Positions 54,101-64,000 of a stretch of 64,000 nt of DNA are shown in pieces; the stretch's first letter is position 1; each line of letters begins with the position of its first letter. The notes beneath the pieces are model-generated. The model saw nothing but the letters and a program-made list of their open reading frames with translations. It was not told where the DNA came from and did not search any database. The translations under genes and the position numbers were made by a program. The DNA is taken from assembly GCA_951406725.2 (NCBI GenBank), contig OX597815.1, positions 34,658,001 through 34,722,000 on the forward strand, given 5' to 3'. The stretch is from Octopus vulgaris. Its lineage: Eukaryota.

Positions 54101-54649
54101 TGCTGTAACAAGGAACATGTTTTTTATAAAATTTTACTTAGGTCTAATGAGTCCTCATTACCCCCAAGAATTTCATTTTTACCTCACTTGAGGTAATTTA
54201 CCCTGGTTCACTGGCCTCTGATTTAGACTAATTTTATGCCTTTATTATTCCATCATATGTAGATTTTGTCAGTGCCAATGTTGAGGTGGAAGTTGCTACT
54301 GGTTATTATTATCATCTTCCTAGTTTTGATATCCAAATTATAGTTTTCTTCAAGTGTGTAGTGTTCCAAAATACTGGTTCTAGTGCTAGCACTGTAAAAC
54401 GGTTATGGGATATTTATATAGCTTTATAGAATGTTGATGGGGTCTGACTTGTATAATTTCCAGAGTTTGCTGGAGTATTCCTTTGTTACTTTTTAGCTTT
54501 CCTTACAGAACTACTGTGAAAATAATTGTTATCAATTCCCTGATACTTGTTGCATTTGTTGTTGGAAATAGAGGAAATAGATAAGCCATTGGTATCTGTA
54601 TTGGAATGCTGTTTGATCAGGATAAGTGGTCATCTTTGGTTGACAGTTC

Positions 54650-54884
54650 TTTTACTCTTTTACTTGTTTCAGTCATCTGGCTGTGGCCATACTGGAGCAC
54701 TGCCTTGAAGGGTTTTAATTGAACAAAATGACCTCAGGACTTTTTTCTTAAGCTTAATGCTTATTCTATCAGTTTTGTTTTGCCAAACTGCTAAGTTATG
54801 GGAACATAAACACACCAACACCAGTTGTCAAGTGGTGATGGAGGACAAACACATATACAAAGATACATACACACACATAGATAC

Positions 54885-54937
<53 letters not shown>

Positions 54938-55101
54938 GATGGGTTTTTTCAGTTTCCCTTTACCAAATCTACTCACAAGGCTTTCAGTTGGCCTGTGGCT
55001 ATAGTAAAAGACACTTGCCCAAGTTGTTGTGCAGTGGAACTAAACCTGGAACCATGTGGTTGGGAAGTAAGGTTCTTACCACACAGCCACACCTGCACCT
55101 A
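54650..55101 (-). mobile_element. SINE family A (CpG-decayed)
   Basis: Full-length reverse copy; many CpGs of the left-hand copies read TG/CA here. Confidence 0.9.
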
Positions 55102-56327
55102 TGAGGGAAAGATTTTTAACCAGTTGGCAAAATACTGGACCATGAAGCAATGTGTAGTGAAGGGCAGCTGAGATTTTTTTAATTCAAAAGGTTTATTTAA
55201 TCATCTTTATGGGTTAGAACAAAACCAGTGGACCAACATATCAAAACTAAAATATGATTAACGATGATGTATAAAGATGCCATGATTAACTGTGTTGAGC
55301 TCCAAATTTAAATCAAGAAAATCACTTCTGAGAAACCAGTCCTGTAATGTAATATTGATAGAATTGAGTTTGTCTGCAAATAATTCTGTATACATCTGGT
55401 AACCAGCTGTGCAATGATTTTTACAGTAAGAGGTAGAGTGAAAGATACTGAGTCTAATAATTGTATAATTGTTCTGTATTTAGAGCTTTCTTTTTGAGAA
55501 GAGGAATAATTTCAGTAAGTCTAGTCATGCAAATTTCAATAGATCCAGTAAACATCCTATTGATATTGGTACCTTAGTTAATTCTGTAATTGATCAACAG
55601 CAAGGCTTTCTGACAGACAAATAATTATCCATGATAGTACAGGATCTAGTATGCAAAGAGTTTGATTTGACAGATTCTAGCAGAGTATCAACTTTTATCT
55701 TTTGTGACAACTTCTGAGTCAGATATAGGCAGAACTTCCCAGAACTTCCCGTGCTTGTAAAGAAGATGCATTGGTTGTAAAGGTTTATGACTGAAGTTTA
55801 TTTTTAACTTAAAATAGTCCTTGAGCTTTCATCTGAAGGTAGTTTTACTGAATTCTGCTGATATATTGTTAAACAGAAATTCCATGTTGAGGAATTTGAA
55901 TAGATTTCCTGGTGGTGTTTTTGTTTCTTACATACATTTAATTCTAGACAGGCACCGTATTATTTTATTAATTCATTCATTCATCATCATCATCATCATC
56001 ATCATCATTATTTAACATCCGCTTTCTATGCTAGTTGGATGGTTTGACACAAACTGGTGGGCCAGAGACTGGCAGACTCCGATGTCTGTTTTGGTATAGT
56101 TGCTATTGCTGCAAACCTTCCTGTTGCAAAACCTCTTTACAGACTGTACTGGGTGTTTTTTATGTGACTGGAAATTTTTTTTCTACCATAAGAATTCTGA
56201 TATTAATCTCAGTGCATTTCAAGCCTATGTCTAATGTGTTTATCTTCTACAATTTTGTAGTGTAGTCACACCAAGAAAGAATGGTTTTAAGTGCTAAGAT
56301 GCATACTTTCAGGAAGCTAACTGTTGG

Positions 56328-56579
56328 TTAACTAAAACAGCATTCAGTTATATAGTTCCATAGTTAATTAGTTTCGGATGACGCTGACAAATGTAATGCT
56401 TATTTATTCACATTGCTTTGAATTAATTATGCATTATCTCTTAACTTTGAGATTTCAATGAAGTGATTGTTTATTTTTAGAATGACATTGTAGGGTAGGC
56501 ATGAGAGGCTAGATTTGGCTGATGAACAGAAAACAAGTAGAATATTTGGATATGGCCGGTTTAAATGTTAAAGGATTAA
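56328..56579. mobile_element. Possible piggyBac-type (TTAA) MITE
   Basis: Degenerate ends TTAACTAAAACAGCATT and AATGTTAAAGGATTAA. Confidence 0.4.
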
Positions 56580-56739
56580 TATATTCCATCTGTAAAAAAT
56601 AATTCTTTTGAATTCTGAGCTCATTTCTGGAAAACTGAATTTTCTTAGAATTAAATGATGGTCACTGGTGTTAGCCTTATGAACAGAGCTAGCTGAAAGA
56701 ATATTATTTTATCACTTCTTGATTCTAGGTATTCTTCCA

Positions 56740-57450
56740 CTAAATCTTTGACAGAACCAGCTATAGAAACTAGGTCATCAGCATACATAGAGAACTATAA
56801 TACAAAAGGAGGATACTGAGAACTAACACCTATGGAACCGCTCATTGCCATCTGATGGCACCGTAAACCTGACTACAAACTTTGAAACCCTATCAATGGT
56901 TTTCTCCAGGCTGATGAATGCTAAATAGAAAGAATGGCTTACTTTAAACTAAACGTTTCTGTAGTTGTCTCACAAGAAAAAGGCACAATCCAGAACTGTG
57001 TCACATCTCTGCTAATTTTCTCCCTAACCAGGTGCGCTTTAACCCTTTCAACCTTGATGCCTCTGCAGTTATTTGTCTCTGGAGTATTTCTGTTTGCTTT
57101 TCATCATACAACTTCGCCAATAACTGCATATGACACCTTCCCATAACTTACCTGATTAACTAGTGCATGACCTACTTCACCAGATGTTTTCAACATTACT
57201 GTGAATATCCCTGAAGGTCTGGCTGCATTTACAGACTTCGTATTACCTTTATCGCACATTAGACCACATAGCTGTCAATTTCAATGGCTGGTTCTTCTGT
57301 TGGATCTATTTACATAGTCCATTTCTTCCTCTTTTACATTCTCATTCATTAACCTCCATGCCTTTTTCTTTTCAGCCTCACTAAAAGAGCAAGTGTGCTG
57401 CTATCATTCAGCTGTCATCTTCCATATGCATCACATGTCTGGTACAGCTC
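56740..57450 (-). mobile_element. Decayed RTE-clade LINE RT remnant
   Basis: Collinear on the minus strand: NAARPSG, NNCRGIK, QFWIVP, YLAFISLEK, MYADDLVSIA. Confidence 0.8.
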
Positions 57451-57895
57451 AACATTCACTCTTGCCACACTACACCTTATTATCCTTATATAAAAGTTTT
57501 TTTTCTTCTTTCTCTCAGTTCATTTGAGACCCATCATTCATGCACTTTGAACATTACACATTCTGCCAAATATGCTCTCATCACTTTTCCCCAGATTTTA
57601 CTTGCCTTCCACATTCAGTGTCTATTCATTGCAGTCAAGGCTGCACAAATGTCTTACAATTTGGCCTTCACTCTTAGTGAGAATCCTTTTGTTGCCTGCA
57701 ATGATAAACTGTTCCCTGAATACCCCACCTACTCTGGAGACTGTGCTTTTGCAGCATCTCTGTCTACTGCTAATTAGAGCACTTAGGTAACAAATATAAA
57801 TCATCATCACCATCATCCTCATGTAACATCTGCTTTGTACACATATAAAAACTTGTGCATATGTATGCATGTTTATATATACTTATTTCTATCTA

Positions 57896-57941
<46 letters not shown>

Positions 57942-57977
57942 AATCATATATACATACACACATATACATGTATCATG

Positions 57978-58290
57978 AATGACCATGGGATTTTCCTAGA
58001 AGGTTCCCCTCTGAGGCACAACTACAGGCAGAGTTGTTTTATGGAAGACCAGCAGTTGCCCATACACAGCAATCTCTCCTCTCCACACCACTGATGTTAT
58101 CCAAGAGAAAGGCAAAGGCTGATACAGCTTATCACCAGTGACATCGCAACTCGTTTCTACAGCTGAGAGAACTGGAGCAACGTGAAATAAAGTGTCTTGC
58201 TCAAGAGCACAAAACACAGCCCAGTTCAGGAATCGAGCTCACTACTTAATGAGTGTGAGCCCAACAATCTAACTACTGAGCTGTGCCTTC
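57978..58290 (-). mobile_element. SINE family C variant
   Basis: Homologous to 37040-37267 and includes the reversed tRNA-like head (CAGGAATCGAGCTC). Confidence 0.87.
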
Positions 58291-58631
58291 ACATTAGCAC
58301 AGAGGGAACAACACATATTAATATTAAGATTAACATCAATTTACAAATACATCATCATTTTTCTAACATTTTGTTTCTCTGTGCTTGCATGAGTTAGACA
58401 AAACTTGTTCAGGTAACTTTCATATGGCTGACAGCCCTTTCTGTCACTAATCAAGTACGATATTTATTCTTGTGGTCTTACACACACACAAACACATACA
58501 CTTCCACTCACAAAGCATAGGCCAACCTAAAACTATATAGTAGAAAACACTTGGTTATTGGGCGAGGCAGAAAGAACCAGCCCAGAACCTCATAACTGCG
58601 CATGAAACTTATAAACCACACTTGCTTGATT

Positions 58632-58674
<43 letters not shown>

Positions 58675-59793
58675 GGAAGGTAACTTATTCATAGCCAATT
58701 TCTCCAGTCCTCTTTTAATTTCATTCATTAACCTCTGGTGTATGACCTTCTTTTCATCATACACTAATAAGAATATGAGATGTGCCATTTCATTCACTTC
58801 ATATTCCATGAATATCATGTCTCAGACTTAACTATTCACTGCCTCTTATAGCACCTGTAAGCCTTTATCCATAAAAGTTTTTTTCTTCTGTTATCTCATT
58901 TAGATAGAACATAAACATTTCTCCAAATATTCTCATTTTAACCCAGACTTTCGTGTTCACTATTCATGGAGAAGTCAAGGCTGCAAAATGTCTTGATTTG
59001 CCTTCACTCTTAGTGAGAATCCTTTTTGCCTGCAATGATAAACTGTTGCCCTGAATTCTCCCTATAAATTTTTTTTGCAGCATCTTTCTCCATGTAGACA
59101 TTAACAAATATAAATCATCATTACACCATCATCCTGCAAGTATAACAGTTTTTTTGCTTTTACACATATAAAAATTGGCTGTTCAGCAATGTACTTATAT
59201 GTATATATTTATATGTAATGTGTATGTATTCATATATATGTGCTTGTATGTATGTATGACCCTCCGCTGGCTCATCAGTAATTTACCAATTCATACAGGA
59301 GTGTTACTTGCAAATAGTCTAATGTCGCATCTCTTATGATAGTCATCAGCTTCTTCTTAAATTGAATATCACCAAAATAGCACAAAGATCTATTTTTAAC
59401 TACTGTAAAAGTTTCTATATGTCATTTTGCTTATCATCATCATTTCTACAGTTTCTCTGTGCTGCATGAGTTAGACAAAACTTGTTTCTTTCATATGGCT
59501 GACAGTTCTTCCTAACACAAGTACGATATTTATTCTGGGTCTTACACACACACAAACACATATCTAACATACAACTAAAATATATTAATATTAAGATTAA
59601 CATCAATTTAAATACATCCATTTTCTAACAGATATATATAGTTACACACACACACAACACATACAAACCACACACTAATTGTGTGTTTATTTGTGTTGTG
59701 TGTGTGTGTGTGTGTGAAATAGAGTACCAAAATTGTAGAAAAACTGTTTTAATAAGAACACTCATAAACTGGTTGTAAACTTGTTGTTGTTTG

Positions 59794-59830
<37 letters not shown>

Positions 59831-60032
59831 AAAGTATTATTCATTAATTGTTTATAAAAGGTTAGTTTTAATTTTCACCAATAAAACAAACATATATACA
59901 TAGAAAAAACAAAAAAAAAATAAAAACCAAAATATAAAAACAGAACCACAACAAACCTTAAAAAAAAAAAAAAAAAAAAAAATAAAAAAAAAAACAATAA
60001 TAACCCCCAAAAAAAAAACACAACAAAAACAC

Positions 60033-60064
<32 letters not shown>

Positions 60065-60613
60065 CAAAATATATATATACATACCCCTTCATATATAATG
60101 TATGTCCCCTCCAAAAAAACACCAATCATACACACACTTGCAAATAGTCTAATAACTATATATAAATAAAAATTGAATATCATATCTAATGTAAATGTAT
60201 GTGTATGCATACATCATCCTCATCATCAATATTGTTGATTGGCAGACTTTCAGAAGAGCTATCACTATATTATAGAGAAGGAAAAGGTAAAAAACTGTCC
60301 AACCCATGCCATACTGGCATGGGTTTGACAGTTTCACAAGGGCTGGCAAGCCAGAGGACTATCGTAAACTCTGTTGTCTGTTTTGATATGGTTTCTGCAG
60401 CTGGATACCCTTCCTAACACAAACAACTTTTACAGAGTGTACTGGGTGCATTTTTGTGACACCACCACCAGTGGGAAGGGACCACCATGTATCTTGCAAG
60501 ACAGGGGAGGCTTCATGGCATATATATGCATATATAATATATATATATATATGTATAAATGCATACGTGTATACACACACACACACACACATTATTTGTG
60601 TGATATATATATG

Positions 60614-60653
<40 letters not shown>

Positions 60654-60820
60654 AATCAAAACAGTTTGATTTAATTTTTCAAAATGACTGATGACTAGCA
60701 TTGCACTTGAAACTTGAGAGTACCAACGAATTTGAATCAAACTGTTTTGATCCATACATGTAACACTCAGTAAATTGGTTGAGAGCCCTTGTTTTGTTTG
60801 TCCACTCACTCGTGTGTATG

Positions 60821-60868
<48 letters not shown>

Positions 60869-60880
60869 CATATGTGTGTG

Positions 60881-60946
<66 letters not shown>

Positions 60947-61764
60947 TGTGTGTGTACATACATACATACATATATATGCATGTATGTATATGATATTAAA
61001 TACTCTAATGTAACTAATATGATATAGAAATGATGTAATTTAATGAGCATGCAATGATATACATGCAAATAAGCAAGTATTTCCAACAGTAACTGCCATT
61101 TTGTTTCTGTCTGCTGGTATGAGACTAGATTCTTTATTTATCTAATTCTAATTAACTTTTAATTACAATTTGGCTGTTGTCTACCCTTGTCTTTAAGTGC
61201 AGAAATCCGTCATTTTGACAAAAATTTACTCTCATTATTAAGGGTGTAATTTTAATTAAATTGAATTAAATCTCGTGGTTTGCTACAACAAATATGCTAA
61301 CAGCTACTACTTTACTACTAATATACAATGCAGCAGGAGTCACTGGTATCCCCCTTCTCTCCCATTCCTCAGACATTCACTAAACACTGTTGGCTGCAAA
61401 TCATTCACTGAGGAATATAGCAAGTGCCATTGCTATCTATGTGGATTTAATTGAATTCTGTTGTGCAATAATGGTTTATGATATCTGCAAAATTGTTTAA
61501 TATGAAGTGAACAATGAAAGCTAATTGCAATTTCGTTGAGTTATCTTAATAGGAAGAGAAACCTCAGCAAACACCAACTTTCGACAATATCGATTAGTTT
61601 TTGTTGTTGTTCTTGTTGGTGTTGTCGATTGTTTTTCTTTTTGTTCTTTTTTGCTTTGTTTTTTTCCAACATAAATCTTTTCTGTTACTATTTATGTATG
61701 TGATTGTACATGGAAATAAAGTGAGATATATTGTCATTTATTTGTTTAGTATTTTTGCTGTTGT

Positions 61765-61801
<37 letters not shown>

Positions 61802-61839
61802 GCTACTACTACTAAATAATAATAATGATGATGATGATA

Positions 61840-62510
61840 ATCCTTTCTACTAGAGGCTCAAGGCCTTAAATTTCAGGGAGAGGACTAGTCAGTTATATTA
61901 TATTAACACCAGTGATTCACTGGTACTTAATTTATCAACCTCGAAAGGATGAAAGGCAAAAGTTGACCTCAGTAGAATTTGAACTCAGAACATAGCAGTG
62001 GATGAAACAGTGCTACATATTTCATCCAGCATGCTAACGATTCTGCCAGCTCACTGTCTTAATAATGATAATGATAATAATCCTTTCTACTGAAGGTACA
62101 AGGCCTGAAATTTGAGAGGAGGGGTTAAGTCGATTTCATTGACCCCAGTATTCCACTGGTACTTAATTTATCGACCCTGGAAGGATGAAAGGCAAAGTCG
62201 ACCGTGGCAGAATTTGAACTCAGAACATAGCGAATGACAAGCAGTTCGTCCACTGTGCTAATGATTCTGCCAGCTTACCACCTTAATAATAATAATAATA
62301 ATAATCATAATAATTATTCATAACATAGACACAACATTTGAAATTTGAGGAAGGGCGTTAGTTGAATAAACTAATCCAGGTTTAATGTTTTGTTATTGAT
62401 ATCAGTAGAATGCCGAGCAAAGTTTACCTTGGCTTATTTTGAAATCAAATTTTAGAGTTAGAACAGGTAATGTAAGGGATTTTGTCTGATCCTAACTTTT
62501 CTGCCATTTT
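61840..62510 (-). mobile_element. Tandem SINE family B copies (two clear, one degenerate)
   Basis: Repeated TCCTTTCTACT...GGTACTTAATTTATC...GGATGAAAGGCAAAG...GATTCTGCCAGCT units separated by (TAA)n. Confidence 0.87.
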
Positions 62511-63261
62511 GCAAAATGGTGGTAGTGATGGCGCTTGTTAACTGATGATATACAGGCACAATGTCCTAACAATATGGCATCTCAATGTTAATGAAGACAA
62601 TCATGAGCAATCCTTTGACCATATCTGTTTTTCTTAGTGATTGCCAGTTTGGTTTGTGCAACTCTATAGGGGACCTGCTCTCCTGTATCGCTCACCAGTA
62701 AGTGCCTTTAAGAATTTAATGAAAGTCTTGACATCAGTAAAGCTTTTGATAGTGACCTTTGAATCTCCTGCCAAAAGTGCCTGCCCCTATATGCTATGTT
62801 AATCTCTTGTCCCTTGAGAGAGTGGCTTCCTTCCAGTGATATGTGCTGATGGAGTACTCACTGACCCTCGTTTACTCCGTGACCTATTGGCTATTGCTAT
62901 ACCAACAATGCCCTCTCCCATACAATTATACTGTCCTTTATTCCTGTGTAACATTCTGCACTAAATCATTCAATCGTTCACATGTCACTCATGCCAAATC
63001 TACACTGATTCCATGAATTGAGATCTTAAAAAGCTTTTTTATACAGTCTTAGCAACAAACAAACAAAAAAAAAACACTACATCATCATCATTTAATGCCT
63101 CCATACTTCCATACTGGCATGGGTTGAACTATTTGACAAGAACTGGCAAGGCAGAAGACTGCACCAAGCCCCCAGTGTCTGGTTTTAATGCCCGTTTTCC
63201 TTGTTGGCATGGGTTGGATGGTTCAACAAGAGCTGGCAAGTCAGAGGACAGCACTAAGTTT

Positions 63262-63723
63262 TCGGAAAGCTTTCATCATTCTCAACACAATCAAGGAGAT
63301 CTTGTGCAACCAAAACCCGAGTGTCTTTTTGATCAGTTGAAAGCAGTTTTGGCACAAACTTGGCAGGCATGTGTCTCATACCCAAATCTTCAGTGGTAAT
63401 GGACTGCTTATCCTCTGATAACTCAAGGATGGTAATTTGATGTGCAGCTCATACACCCCTCTCTATACACTTTTTGCAACTTTGTGTAAGCCTCTGAGCA
63501 GGTATCGCCATGACAACTTTCTCTGTCAAAGTCAATGCGATGATCACACACTACATATCTTCCTTCCAAGCACTGCTGTAAATAGCAGAAGTGAGCTAGA
63601 AAATTAAAACTTAGTGCATATGCATAGCCAAGTTCAAGGTGAATCTGTGCCATGTCACTTCATTCTGCATGCTTTAGTTTCATTACTATAGCAACAGTTC
63701 AGATACTTATTAATCAGACCTTG
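63262..63723 (-). mobile_element. Mariner transposase remnant (5' part with TIR)
   Basis: TEDLGMRHMPAKFVPKLLSTDQKDTRVLVAQDL (WVPxxL-type motif region), an N-terminal HTH-like segment SEAYTKLQKVYREGCMS, and a TA-flanked terminus TACAAGGTCTGATTAATAAGTATCTGAACTG. Confidence 0.88.
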
Positions 63724-63729
63724 TATAAG

Positions 63730-64000
63730 CACAGGCATGGCTGTGAGGTTATGGAGCTGGCCTCAAAACCATATGGTTAGGGTTTCAGTCCCACTGAATG
63801 TTGTTAACTAATGTTCTATACTATAGTCATGGGTTGACCAAAACCTTGTGAGTGAAATTGGTGGAAGGAACTCAATAAGTATGTGTATGTTTACTCATGT
63901 AGGTAGCTATATATTTATGTATGTGATAGTGTGAACAAGTTCACGTTTTCTCATGTTCATGTGTGCTTCACAACTTGTAAACATTCAAGTGTTGTTTGTT
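63730..64000 (+). mobile_element. SINE family A, old and CpG-decayed
   Basis: GCACAGGCATGGCTGTGAGGTT...GGTTTCAGTCCCACTG...CCTTGTGAGTGAAATTGG. Confidence 0.75.

Larger units (their letters stand above)
53205..55960 (-). mobile_element. Decayed Penelope-like retroelement interrupted by a hAT fragment and a SINE
   Basis: Minus strand: DFLDLNLEL (about 55300-55325; cf. PLE RT V.FLD..L), a weak IGCF-TGSIEIC across a frameshift (cf. MGSYDGAEICE), and a degenerate hammerhead core at the 3' end (53215-53250). Confidence 0.5.

Noticed and set aside
61840-62510. Repeat-spacer-like periodicity suggesting a CRISPR-like array
   Set aside because: The units are ~220-bp tandem SINE copies with (TAA)n linkers in a eukaryotic context, with no cas genes.

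Overview
AT-rich, microsatellite-dense eukaryotic genomic DNA. The SINE families present match my recollection of coleoid cephalopod (Octopus) repeats; this is recognition, not a database result. No intact protein-coding gene, rRNA, tRNA or CRISPR array is visible, and nearly all ORFs in the track are translated (TA)n/(CA)n/(TACA)n repeats. The window contains: at least five SINE-like families (many copies, both strands); decayed R4/Dong-like, Jockey/CR1-like and RTE-like LINEs; Penelope-like fragments with hammerhead-ribozyme cores; two hAT (Buster/Charlie-like) transposase remnants; a mariner remnant; pogo-type and piggyBac-type MITEs; and a Helitron-like non-autonomous element, often nested inside each other. 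The less explained signals are: a near-perfect ~57-bp-stem hairpin at 34.4 kb; a minimal hammerhead at 1.7 kb; close inverted SINE pairs (candidate ADAR substrates); a switch from CpG-retaining to CpG-decayed repeat copies at about 47 kb (a probable methylation-domain boundary); several short splice-flanked exon candidates, one a 144-nt exon with a single in-frame UGA; and a probable assembly artefact at 58.9-60.2 kb. I cannot claim a new biological system from the sequence alone. The candidates are ranked below.
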